Source: a virus. From it: DNA of 64,000 bases. This document shows, in pieces, positions 8,701 through 16,800 of the stretch. The DNA lies in UHGV virus genome UHGV-0373904. One strand, 5' to 3'. The position numbers were made by a program, and so were the translations under genes. Within the stretch, counting starts at the first letter, position 1. Each line of letters begins with the position of its first letter. The notes under the pieces are model-generated. The model saw only the letters and a list, made by a program, of their open reading frames with translations. It did not search any database and had not been told where the DNA came from.

Positions 8701-9282
8701 TCAAGAGTATTTTTTAGGCAGCAATGCACTGCGCTTGTTACTCTCTTCACTCAATAGTGCAATGAAATCATCACTTTTACCTTTCCACGGGCTGAATGAA
8801 GGGATATGCTCACGAATGGCTTCAATCACCGTTTTCAGTGCTGTATTTTTCATCCACCAATCAGAATCTGCTGATGCTACCACGTAGTATCCACCGTCAT
8901 CAGTTAAAATTGGCTCTGAAATACATGGTGAAATCAAAGTGGTGATGATTGAACCGTTGTTCATGTAGTATGTGCGCTTCATAACCTTTTCAAGAAGCTT
9001 GTGAAGGTCACCAAACAGTGTTACAAGCTCTTTGTGGTCAATGTCTTTTTCGAGGTTTGCTCGATACTTCAATAGTGCGGCATCAACCTCTCTGTCATTG
9101 AACTTGAAATATTGAACTTCTTCAACAAGGCAAACACTGATGTTGTTAACATTCATAGTCAACTTACAAACTTTTACAGGAGAGTTGATATTTGGTTGAA
9201 AAAGTGCAATACACCCTTCAATATTTCCAAAATGCTGTACCAGTGTTACTTGTGGCGTGATATTCTGTTGCTCTTCGGACAT
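8701..9282 (-). CDS. Hypothetical protein (193 aa)
   Basis: ORF. Confidence 0.5.
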   Translation of the reverse strand: MSEEQQNITPQVTLVQHFGNIEGCIALFQPNINSPVKVCKLTMNVNNISVCLVEEVQYFKFNDREVDAALLKYRANLEKDIDHKELVTLFGDLHKLLEKVMKRTYYMNNGSIITTLISPCISEPILTDDGGYYVVASADSDWWMKNTALKTVIEAIREHIPSFSPWKGKSDDFIALLSEESNKRSALLPKKYS

Positions 9283-9626
9283 TACAGTTTCCTCATTAAA
9301 TACTTTTTAAGTTGTGTGTTAGGTTTCTCAAAAACTTCTATAGAAGATATCTTGACAGACTCACCACGCATACCAGTATGTTTGAATATGTAGTACTCTA
9401 ACATCCCTATATACTTTGCTGGTAAGTCATATTTTACATACACCGTCACAGAATCTTCAAACTCAACAACCTTTGTACCATCTTTGTAGTTAAACTCTTT
9501 AGGATGGTTGTAGTTGTCTATGTCATACATTAAAAAGAGTCTTTTCCGTTGCATATCAAGCTTGTTTGTTAAAGACTCTTTGATATCTGAGAAGTTTTTG
9601 TAAACTGTGACATGGAGCTTACTCAT
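9282..9626 (-). CDS. Hypothetical protein (114 aa)
   Basis: ORF; 1-nt overlap with neighbour. Confidence 0.5.
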   Translation of the reverse strand: MSKLHVTVYKNFSDIKESLTNKLDMQRKRLFLMYDIDNYNHPKEFNYKDGTKVVEFEDSVTVYVKYDLPAKYIGMLEYYIFKHTGMRGESVKISSIEVFEKPNTQLKKYLMRKL

Positions 9627-9912
9627 CGTTAAACTCTCTGACGAAGAAATAGTTGACTTTGTTATTACCTACCATAAGGTCAAAGCAGGTATTTTCAAAA
9701 GGCTTGTTGCAGGCATCGTATGAAACATATGGGTCAGCTACTTGCTTAGTGCTTAACTTCTTACTTGATGGATTTAAGAGGCCACCATACAGCTTCTTGA
9801 TAGCCTCTTCTACAACAGACCAGATAATTTCGTCAGTAATTTCTTCGTACAGGTCAAGTTCACGCTCTAGTGAGAAGTCACAAATAGGGAAAACAACCTG
9901 TACTTTACTCAT
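9619..9912 (-). CDS. Hypothetical protein (97 aa)
   Basis: ORF. Confidence 0.45.
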   Translation of the reverse strand: MSKVQVVFPICDFSLERELDLYEEITDEIIWSVVEEAIKKLYGGLLNPSSKKLSTKQVADPYVSYDACNKPFENTCFDLMVGNNKVNYFFVREFNDE

Positions 9913-10301
9913 TAACGAACAACCTGTGAGACTTGAATTGCTTCAGTTACAGACAAATCACCAACTTTCTCTTCTTTGATAAAAGTGAAGGTGAGTTCAA
10001 CAGGCTCTTGCTCTTCTTGCTCAACTGGAATGCCATTAAGCTCATCGCGGATTGATTGAGTTGTCCAGTCTTCTCCACCATCTGGATAATGGATGGCGTA
10101 AAGAGGAAACTCCATGTCATACCAGCCAAATACAGGGCAACCATCTGCATCATCTCGCATTCTGCGAAGGGTGCTACCTGAGCCTGTAAAGCGAAGACTA
10201 ATATTCCCATTACACTCAAAAATCACTGCGTCAGCAAGTCCAGCATCTTCTCGACCATCATGGCCAAAGGTGTCAACTTTTACTTGAATCTCTTTATTCA
10301 T
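9912..10301 (-). CDS. Hypothetical protein (129 aa)
   Basis: ORF. Confidence 0.5.
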   Translation of the reverse strand: MNKEIQVKVDTFGHDGREDAGLADAVIFECNGNISLRFTGSGSTLRRMRDDADGCPVFGWYDMEFPLYAIHYPDGGEDWTTQSIRDELNGIPVEQEEQEPVELTFTFIKEEKVGDLSVTEAIQVSQVVR

Positions 10302-10692
10302 AAAAACCTCTCTCTGCTTGTTCTATTTTTGCTCTTAAAGCTTCGCAATGTTGTAAATGATAGTTAGCTTCTTGTTCATGTGTTGCTAACTGCCTTTCCA
10401 GAACAGTTTTATAATAACTTGCGAGTTGCTCTTTTGTCAATGGGTGCTCTGAAATAATATCAAGTCCACTTTCGCCAAGAGGGTTGAATTGTCCATGTTC
10501 GTTGACATTGTAAGTCTCAAACTTGAACAGGCCATTGTTCACAGACTCAATAGGTGACAGTTCAACAAGCTCTACAGTAAACCGTGTATATACTTTGTCA
10601 CCTCTTGAAACCACATTGTTCCCGACAATGCGTACAAGCGAGCCATTACGAGTGTACTTAAAAGTTCCAAAGTCACTAGCCCAAAGTTTCAT
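10294..10692 (-). CDS. Hypothetical protein (132 aa)
   Basis: ORF immediately upstream of the terminator. Confidence 0.5.
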   Translation of the reverse strand: MKLWASDFGTFKYTRNGSLVRIVGNNVVSRGDKVYTRFTVELVELSPIESVNNGLFKFETYNVNEHGQFNPLGESGLDIISEHPLTKEQLASYYKTVLERQLATHEQEANYHLQHCEALRAKIEQAERGFYE

Positions 10693-10704
10693 AATTTTCT
10701 CCTT

Positions 10705-10734
10705 AGAAAATAAAAAAGGCTCCCGAAGGAGCCT
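10705..10734 (-). terminator. Rho-independent terminator (- strand) after lysozyme gene
   Basis: On the - strand: aggctccttcgggagcct hairpin followed by tttttttatttt. Confidence 0.7.
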
Positions 10735-10743
10735 ATGAAGATA

Positions 10744-11208
10744 TTACTTTGGATATACACTGTCAAGATAAATGTCAGCTTCCATTCTACGTCTGTTTTT
10801 CAGGCCGTTTGAAGTGACCTTCTTACCTTTGACTGTAACCTTGTTCCACCACTGCATAGCTTCTGCACAACCGACCTTATTACCAGCATTGTGGCGCTTG
10901 ATAAATGTAGAATCCTGCATAGCTGTGATACCGATGTTGTATGTTTCACTTACAAGTGCATCGAACTCGTTCTGAGAAGTTGGAACCTTGATAGCTTTAT
11001 TCACTGCTGCAACGAACTTCTCAACATCTGCAAGAAGATACTGTTCAGCTTGTTCAGCAGTAATTTTCATACCCATCTTAACAGGTTTTCCGTCAATACG
11101 GATTGTCCCATACCCGATTGTTGGGATTCCTGCAGAGTCTTCGTAAGCCTCTAACTTCAGACCTTCAAAGAACTTAATAGCCTCTAAACCTTTTCTTGAG
11201 AGTTGCAT
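10744..11208 (-). CDS. Endolysin, T4-lysozyme-like glycoside hydrolase family 24
   Basis: N-terminal FEGLKLEAYEDSAGIPTIGYG matches the catalytic E..D..T region of T4/lambda-type lysozymes; size 154 aa. Confidence 0.85.
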   Translation of the reverse strand: MQLSRKGLEAIKFFEGLKLEAYEDSAGIPTIGYGTIRIDGKPVKMGMKITAEQAEQYLLADVEKFVAAVNKAIKVPTSQNEFDALVSETYNIGITAMQDSTFIKRHNAGNKVGCAEAMQWWNKVTVKGKKVTSNGLKNRRRMEADIYLDSVYPK

Positions 11209-12341
11209 TATGCCTCCCCTGCTGGGTTAACTGTAACTGTTGCTGCATTAGATGTTACAGAGCCACCTGCACCAGTAACTACACAGGTGTAGCTTCCTGA
11301 ATCAGCAGCGGTTGCACCTTCTTTAGTGTAAGTTGCAGCGGTTGCATCAAGGATATCTTCCTCACCTTTCTTCCACTGGTAACCTGTTGCACCTGTTGCC
11401 ACAACATTCAGTGTTAAGGTCTCACCTTCATTGATTTCTTGATTGGTTGGCTGTTGAGTGATTACCGGAAGTGCATTCACAGTAACTGTTGCTGCGTTAG
11501 ACGTTACAGAGCCACCTGCACCTGTTACAACGCAAGTGTATGAACCTGCATCTGCTGGCAGAGCACCAGACTTGCTATAGGTATCATTTGTAGCTGAAGG
11601 AATGTCAGAGCCATCTTTCTTCCACTGGTAACCTGTTGCACCTGTTGCAGTAACTGCTAAGTTGATGTTTCCACCTTCATTAATAGTCTGGTTAGAAGGT
11701 TGCTTGGTAATCACAGGTAGTGCGTTCACAGTCACTGTTGCTGCATCTGAGGTAACACTTGTTCCACCTTCTCCAGATACAACACAAGTGTATGAACCAG
11801 CGTCAGAAGGTGCTACTGACTGTTTTGTGTAAGTTGCAGAATTGGCACTAGGGATGTCCTCACCATCCTTTTTCCACTGATATCCAGTGGCGTTAGTTGC
11901 TAGAATGGTTAGAGTAAGTGTGCCACCCTCATTAACTGTTTGACCTGTTGGCTGCTGAGTAATTGCTGGTGGCTTGATAGCATCCTTCAACTTAGCATTC
12001 AACATTGAGAACGGCTTAACTCTTGCCAACCATTCACAGTAAATTGTGTCAACATCTTTACCATTGATGATTGCATACTGCAAATCCATGAAGAAATCAG
12101 CAGTTCTCATCTGTGCACCAACACTGTAAAGCAATTCATCACTAAATGGAACTTTGTAGTCTGGTTTGTAGTCAAACTTCTCAACTTCTGCGATATCAGC
12201 TTCAGGCCAATATGAACTATAGGTAAGTGGTAAAATAGCTTCTTGATATGTTCTAAAATCATATCTCTTACCAGCCTTTACATTTGCAATGAAGCCCTTT
12301 ACAAATTCTTTGAAGTCTGGGTAAGTCTTTGCTTTAATCAT
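11208..12341 (-). CDS. Protein with three tandem Ig-like repeats
   Basis: C-terminal half has three ~90-aa repeats (..QPTxQTxNEGxxLTLxxxATGATGYQWKKDGxDIPSAxxxTYxxxxAxxxDxGSYTCVVxGxGGxVTSxAATVTVN). N-terminal ~120 aa is paralogous to the product of 12338..12709. Confidence 0.7.
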   Translation of the reverse strand: MIKAKTYPDFKEFVKGFIANVKAGKRYDFRTYQEAILPLTYSSYWPEADIAEVEKFDYKPDYKVPFSDELLYSVGAQMRTADFFMDLQYAIINGKDVDTIYCEWLARVKPFSMLNAKLKDAIKPPAITQQPTGQTVNEGGTLTLTILATNATGYQWKKDGEDIPSANSATYTKQSVAPSDAGSYTCVVSGEGGTSVTSDAATVTVNALPVITKQPSNQTINEGGNINLAVTATGATGYQWKKDGSDIPSATNDTYSKSGALPADAGSYTCVVTGAGGSVTSNAATVTVNALPVITQQPTNQEINEGETLTLNVVATGATGYQWKKGEEDILDATAATYTKEGATAADSGSYTCVVTGAGGSVTSNAATVTVNPAGEA

Positions 12342-12709
12342 TTCTTTTTAGCCTCTAAACGTGCGTTTAATCTAAAATAGCCTTTATGTTGTGGAGATAC
12401 ATCACTAACAACAATACCTTCAACTTTATAACCCTTGCCAATTACATACTGGATATCCATAAGAAACGTACCAAGCCCAACAATGTGGAACATCGGGTAT
12501 AGTAACTTATCTGAATCTGGGAGTTTAATTTCTGGGTTATAGGTGGGTTGTTCGGCAGTTGGTGTAATATCCTCTTCAGGCCATTTACTCATTCTCCATG
12601 TTAAAGGTGATGCAATAACATCGTTGAGATTATATCTTTCACCATTCTCTACGGAGTGGATATAGGATTGTAGGAAGCAGTAAAAGTCTTTTGCACTCTT
12701 AGCCTTCAT
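12338..12709 (-). CDS. Hypothetical protein, paralog of the N-terminal domain of the Ig-like repeat protein
   Basis: Shared motifs (W..KWPEEDI, DxQYxIxxG) with the N-terminus of 11208..12341. Confidence 0.55.
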   Translation of the reverse strand: MKAKSAKDFYCFLQSYIHSVENGERYNLNDVIASPLTWRMSKWPEEDITPTAEQPTYNPEIKLPDSDKLLYPMFHIVGLGTFLMDIQYVIGKGYKVEGIVVSDVSPQHKGYFRLNARLEAKKK

Positions 12710-12733
12710 TAAACATCCTTATAAATAGAGAAA

Positions 12734-12752
12734 GGGGCATCAGCCCCTGTTT
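12734..12752 (-). terminator. Terminator-like hairpin (aggggc-atca-gcccct)
   Basis: Perfect GC hairpin between convergently arranged ORFs; followed on the - strand by a T-rich run. Confidence 0.45.
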
Positions 12753-12756
12753 ATAC

Positions 12757-13347
12757 TCAAGCTTTGGTCTTAAGTAGGTTCTTAAGTTTTTTGAGATTCA
12801 TGCTCTCGTCAAACTTAAAACCAAATCCATTGACATAATCAATGAACTCGGATTTCTTACTCAGTGATAGTGCGTAACTCATATCGAAGTTATTACTTGT
12901 TTCTGCATCTGGACTAGAGTTCACATCAAATGAAATTTCTGTAGACTCTTGCTTGATACTTCTCATATTATCAATCAATAGACAGGTATAGTTTGCTGGA
13001 TAGAAGTTAACACTGCCATCAACATATCCATACTTGTTATTGTGAATAAGGCTGGAAAATACCTTAAGAAATGTTTCTGAGTCGTGGCATACAAGTTTGA
13101 ATTGACTGCATTCTCCAAGAGCCACTAAAGAGTAAGGACTTTCACTATCAATGTCGTAGTTTGGGTTTGATGTTGTAACCGTCACACGCATCAGGTTATT
13201 TGCAATAGTCTTCTGCTTTAAAGAATTTGGAACATAGTGAAGACCTCTATCACACTGATTAACTAGCTCTTTCAATAGGTCATTTGCATATGGTGAATTA
13301 ATTGATACAGAGCCATCACTATTATAATTAAAACTTACTGTTAACAT
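12757..13347 (-). CDS. Hypothetical protein (196 aa)
   Basis: ORF. Confidence 0.5.
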   Translation of the reverse strand: MLTVSFNYNSDGSVSINSPYANDLLKELVNQCDRGLHYVPNSLKQKTIANNLMRVTVTTSNPNYDIDSESPYSLVALGECSQFKLVCHDSETFLKVFSSLIHNNKYGYVDGSVNFYPANYTCLLIDNMRSIKQESTEISFDVNSSPDAETSNNFDMSYALSLSKKSEFIDYVNGFGFKFDESMNLKKLKNLLKTKA

Positions 13348-13574
13348 TTTTCAGTTCTCCTGCGATTTATGATTTTGCTGCAATAGAGAAACGAAGTAAA
13401 CTCACTGGAAGAAACCATTAAGTGTTGTTCACTAGATTGAGCCATTGCCCTGAAATACATTCCAGTCAAAGCATCATAGTGACTATTCTTTCCAATTGAG
13501 GTTATATAGCCATGACTCTTTGCAGTTTTATATAAATCTATAATATCTGCGATTTCTAATTGGGAACTACACAT
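13341..13574 (-). CDS. Hypothetical protein (77 aa)
   Basis: ORF at the head of the - strand block. Confidence 0.4.
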   Translation of the reverse strand: MCSSQLEIADIIDLYKTAKSHGYITSIGKNSHYDALTGMYFRAMAQSSEQHLMVSSSEFTSFLYCSKIINRRRTEKC

Positions 13575-13815
13575 AGATAATCCTCTTGTCTTCTGTAATT
13601 TTGAAAGAACAGGTACAGACCAATTTCAGAGGATGAATAGTAGAGTAACTCTACCCTTTTTGATTCCTTACAGTGATTGGTATTTTTACCTTTCTTCGGG
13701 TTATTTGATTTTCTCATTAAGTCTCCTTTGTAGAACAAGGCAGACCTACAGCTTAAGTAAGATGGTACAGTAATCCATACAACAAGTCAAGAACTATTGC
13801 AAGTTAAAAAAGTTG

Positions 13816-13856
13816 TTGACAAAGTACTTGACAAGGTGTAGGCTTATAAATACTTA
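13816..13856 (+). promoter_or_regulatory. Conserved tandem-TTGACAA element in divergent promoter region (second copy at 56649-56675)
   Basis: agTTGACAAagtacTTGACAAggtgt followed by tataaa; a near-identical 27-mer occurs at 56649-56675 in the other divergent intergenic region. Confidence 0.45.
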
Positions 13857-13965
13857 GAAGATAACTTAAAAGGTTCCTCTAAAAAGGCTATTTAAACAGA
13901 TATCTTTCTGGATATCTATCTTTTATCTTAAAAGCCTTTTAAGAGGTCTTATAAGAGGCATACCA

Positions 13966-14337
13966 ATGAAAAACAGAACAAACAAAGGCCAGTTTAAAAA
14001 AGGCCAGTCTGGAAACCCATCTGGAAGACCAAAAGGCTCTCGTAACAAAAGCTCACTCGTAAAAGCTCAACTGACCATTGATAATTCTGCTGAGTTTGCT
14101 GCAAAGCTGTTTGAGGCGATTGTTACAAGGGATGCTGCTAAGCTTGCAGAGTTCGGGTTAAACACAGACGATGTAACCATCAAGAGTATGATTGAGGTCG
14201 GTAAAACTATCATGACTCACTCAGCAGGTGAGATGAAAGCAATTGCAGCAGACACTAAGAAGGCTCCTGATAACGGTGGTCAGTCTCAGACAGACAACAA
14301 ACCAACGTTCTCTGCTGTTGCAACCCTTAAAAAATAA
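13966..14337 (+). CDS. Hypothetical protein (123 aa), basic Gly/Pro-rich N-terminus
   Basis: ORF; N-terminus KGQFKKGQSGNPSGRPKGSRNK. Confidence 0.5.
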   Translation: MKNRTNKGQFKKGQSGNPSGRPKGSRNKSSLVKAQLTIDNSAEFAAKLFEAIVTRDAAKLAEFGLNTDDVTIKSMIEVGKTIMTHSAGEMKAIAADTKKAPDNGGQSQTDNKPTFSAVATLKK

Positions 14338-14349
14338 TTTTAAAAGATG

Positions 14350-14378
14350 TTGACAGACTCTATAAAGTTACTCTAAAG
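14350..14378 (+). promoter_or_regulatory. Candidate promoter with embedded 9-bp inverted repeat (tgacagact / agtctgtca)
   Basis: aaaagatgTTGACAgactctataaagttactctaaagtctgtca; the -35 hexamer forms one arm of the palindrome. Confidence 0.45.
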
Positions 14379-14418
14379 TCTGTCACATCAAACAACAAAT
14401 GAGAGAAGAGAGTAAAAT

Positions 14419-15834
14419 ATGAGCGAGTTATTTAAACATGCGCACCTTCATGCAGGTCGAACTGAAAATGGTGCTGTAAACCATACTTCATCAATGTCTG
14501 CTCTTGTAGATTTTTACAAAGCTGCTGGTTCAAGCCGTAGCAATGTAGAAATCTTACCAGACTTGTTCTACAAAGCTTTGCGTGAGGATGTTGATGTTGC
14601 AGTTCGTATTTTGCTTCACATGCGAGATGTACGAGAAGGTATGGGTGAGCGTAAAGCCTTCAGAACTGTTTTACTTCAAGCAATCGAAGACAAAGTTTTA
14701 GAGCCTACACAGGTTCTTCGTATTATGGATAAGATTGCAGAACTTGGTCGTTTTGATGACTTCAAAATCTTCGTAGGTACTCGTTTTGAGACAGATGCCT
14801 TTAAGCATTTAGAAGCAGCATTACTAGACCATGAGACAGCAGGTTTAGCAGCCAAGTGGTTACCACGAGTAAAACCACGACACAAACAGTTTGTAAAACG
14901 TTTCTGCAAGTTTGCTAACTTGAGTGAGAAAGAGTACCGCACACTGCTATCTGCACTGTCTGATACGGTTGAGCAAAAAATCTCTGCTAATGAGTTTGGT
15001 AAGATTGATTACAGCAAGATTCCTTCACTTGCTGCTGCACGTTACCAAAAACTGTTTAACCGTAAAGATGGAGAGCGCTACAAAGCTTACATCGAGTCCT
15101 TATCAAAGGGTGAGACTAAGATTAATGCTGGTGCTGTTTACCCATACGATGTGATTAAATCTGTTAAGTATGGTAATGCAGATGTTGCTAATGAGCAGTG
15201 GAAAGCACTACCAAACTGGATGGCAGAGGGTGAAAACATTCTATGTATGTCTGATGTTTCAAGTTCAATGTCTTGGGTGAATTTTGGTTCAATTACTGCT
15301 CTTGATATTGGTGTTTCACTTGCATTGTATGTAGCAGAACGTAATACAGGTTGCTTTAAGAATGAGTTGATGGTTTATTCAACAAACCCTCACTTCATTG
15401 AACTGAGTGGTGATTTACGAAACCGTCATCGTCAGGTAATGCGTCATGTTGAATACGGTTCAACTAACTTACAAGCAGCTTTTGACCGCATTCTTGAGAC
15501 AGGTAAGAGAAACAACTTGACTCAGAAAGATATGCCAAGTAAGCTTATCATCTTCTCTGATATGGAGTTCAATCAGGTTGACGGTGCAAATGGTCGTACA
15601 AACTTTGAAGCAATTCGTAGTAAGTACAAAAAAGCTGGATACGAAATGCCACAACTGGTATTCTGGTACTTAGCAAACCGTAGTGGTACTTGCGAAGTAT
15701 CTGTTAAGGATAACGGTGTAGCAATGGTATCAGGGTTCTCTCCAGCCACTTTAAAAGCTCTTCTTGGTGGTGAGAAGTTTGACCCAATCAGCGTAATGCT
15801 CAAAGCAGTAATGATTGACCGTTACATCTGGTAA
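14419..15834 (+). CDS. vWA-like (MIDAS motif) domain protein, 471 aa; TROVE/Ro60-like RNA-binding protein is a hypothesis
   Basis: C-terminal half has DxSxS in ILCMSDVSSSMS followed by hydrophobic strands (LIIFSDMEF); N-terminal ~260 aa looks helical. Sits directly upstream of the tRNA array. Confidence 0.55.
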   Translation: MSELFKHAHLHAGRTENGAVNHTSSMSALVDFYKAAGSSRSNVEILPDLFYKALREDVDVAVRILLHMRDVREGMGERKAFRTVLLQAIEDKVLEPTQVLRIMDKIAELGRFDDFKIFVGTRFETDAFKHLEAALLDHETAGLAAKWLPRVKPRHKQFVKRFCKFANLSEKEYRTLLSALSDTVEQKISANEFGKIDYSKIPSLAAARYQKLFNRKDGERYKAYIESLSKGETKINAGAVYPYDVIKSVKYGNADVANEQWKALPNWMAEGENILCMSDVSSSMSWVNFGSITALDIGVSLALYVAERNTGCFKNELMVYSTNPHFIELSGDLRNRHRQVMRHVEYGSTNLQAAFDRILETGKRNNLTQKDMPSKLIIFSDMEFNQVDGANGRTNFEAIRSKYKKAGYEMPQLVFWYLANRSGTCEVSVKDNGVAMVSGFSPATLKALLGGEKFDPISVMLKAVMIDRYIW

Positions 15835-15851
15835 AAAGTTTTAAAAAGGGT

Positions 15852-15880
15852 ATTGACAATGTGTTTAATACCCTTTAATA
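15852..15880 (+). promoter_or_regulatory. Sigma70-type promoter (TTGACA-N17-TAATAT) overlapping a 9-bp perfect inverted repeat
   Basis: aaaaagggtaTTGACAatgtgtttaataccctTTAATAT; inverted repeat aagggtatt / aataccctt spans -35 to the spacer. Confidence 0.65.
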
Positions 15881-15943
15881 TGTTCTACATAGAAACGAAA
15901 TGAGAGCTTTTCTAAGATACTGAAAAATATTTTAAAAAAGTTC

Positions 15944-15972
15944 TTGACAACCACTAAAAAATAATGTTAAAG
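15944..15972 (+). promoter_or_regulatory. Candidate promoter upstream of first tRNA (A-tract, TTGACA) with inverted repeat aaccact/agtggtt
   Basis: aaaaaagttcTTGACAaccactaaaaaataatgttaaagtggtt; -10 ambiguous. Confidence 0.4.
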
Positions 15973-15999
15973 TGGTTACATAGAGTTTGAAAAGTTTAT

Positions 16000-16076
16000 C
16001 TCTGTTTAGCTCAGCTTGGTAGAGCGTTCCGTTTGGGGCGGTAAGGCCGGAGGTTCAAGTCCTCCAACAGAGACCA
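16000..16076 (+). tRNA. tRNA-Pro (anticodon TGG)
   Basis: Manual fold: acceptor ctctgtt/aacagag, T-arm ggagg-ttcaagt-cctcc, anticodon loop ttTGGgg, encoded CCA. Confidence 0.75.
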
Positions 16077-16083
16077 AATTAAT

Positions 16084-16161
16084 GTTCCAGTAGACAAAAT
16101 GGTAAAGTCACCACTCTTTCAAAGTGGATATCTGAGGGTTCAAATCCCTTCTGGAACGCCA
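16084..16161 (+). tRNA. tRNA-Glu (anticodon TTC)
   Basis: Acceptor gttccag/ctggaac, anticodon stem ccact/agtgg, loop ctTTCaa, T-loop ttcaaat, CCA. Confidence 0.8.
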
Positions 16162-16162
16162 G

Positions 16163-16252
16163 TTTTGACAGAAGACCAATTACAGCAAACTTAATCTTAT
16201 TCATCTGAAGGTAAATCGGACAAAGAAGAGATTTGGTCTGGTCATTAAGAAT
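16163..16252 (+). repeat. tRNA-array spacer element copy 1 (CAGAAGACCAAT...ATTTGGTCTGG hairpin-bounded)
   Basis: 5' cagaagaccaattacagcaa and 3' tttggtctgg can pair (agaccaa/ttggtct). Confidence 0.55.
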
Positions 16253-16329
16253 TGCGGGTATAGAGAAAGGGCGTCTCACATGTCTCATTAGCATGGTATC
16301 GGCAGGTTCGACTCCTGCACCCGCCTCCA
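16253..16329 (+). tRNA. tRNA with anticodon CAT (Met or Ile2/lysidine type)
   Basis: Acceptor tgcgggt/acccgcc (1:72 mismatch), anticodon stem catgt/gcatg, loop ctCATta, T-arm gcagg-ttcgact-cctgc, CCA. Confidence 0.65.
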
Positions 16330-16330
16330 A

Positions 16331-16403
16331 TTTTGCAGAAGACCGTATTCAGCAACAAAATACTTTTGCGGATAAAAGAAAAAACACGGTCTGGCAATGT
16401 ATT
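16331..16403 (+). repeat. tRNA-array spacer element copy 2 (CAGAAGACCGT...ACGGTCTGG)
   Basis: Same flanking motif with compensatory change (agaccg/cggtct). Confidence 0.55.
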
Positions 16404-16405
16404 AA

Positions 16406-16482
16406 GGTTAGGAAGCACATAAGGTATGTGCGGTCGCCTGTTAAGCGAATGGCACAGGGTTCGAATCCCTGACTAACCGCCA
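16406..16482 (+). tRNA. tRNA-Asn (anticodon GTT)
   Basis: Acceptor ggttagg/actaacc, D-stem gcac/gtgc, anticodon loop ctGTTaa, T-arm caggg-ttcgaat-ccctg, CCA. Confidence 0.8.
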
Positions 16483-16490
16483 AATTAAAT

Positions 16491-16578
16491 GTGTCGTTAT
16501 CCCGTAGATGGTAGCGGTGGGGACTGTAAATCCCTTGTCATTGAGACTCGGTAGGTTCGACTCCTACACGGCACACCA
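16491..16578 (+). tRNA. tRNA-Tyr (anticodon GTA), long variable arm
   Basis: Acceptor gtgtcgt/acggcac, anticodon stem gggga/tccct, loop ctGTAaa, 15-nt variable arm, T-arm gtagg-ttcgact-cctac, CCA. Confidence 0.8.
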
Positions 16579-16583
16579 ATAAA

Positions 16584-16660
16584 GGCTATGTAGTTTAACT
16601 GGAGAAAATACTCCCCTGTCACGGGAGATGATGTGAGTTCAAGTCTCATCGTAGCCGCCA
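16584..16660 (+). tRNA. tRNA-Asp (anticodon GTC)
   Basis: Acceptor ggctatg/cgtagcc, anticodon stem ctccc/gggag, loop ctGTCac, CCA. Confidence 0.8.
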
Positions 16661-16720
16661 ATTTTGAGAGGGCTATTTAGCCCCTCCCTTAAAGGGTTCT
16701 TACGAGTATCCTTTAAAGGA

Positions 16721-16800
16721 GCAGAAGACCAAATACAGCAAGAACGTATGAAAATTTCAAGCCAATTTAATTTTGAAAAATTTAAAACTTGGTCTGGCTC
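16721..16800 (+). repeat. tRNA-array spacer element copy 3 (CAGAAGACCAAATACAGCAA...TTGGTCTGG)
   Basis: Same motif; preceded by terminator-like hairpin agggc-tattta-gccct and a TTAAAGG..CCTTTAA palindrome (16661-16716). Confidence 0.55.
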
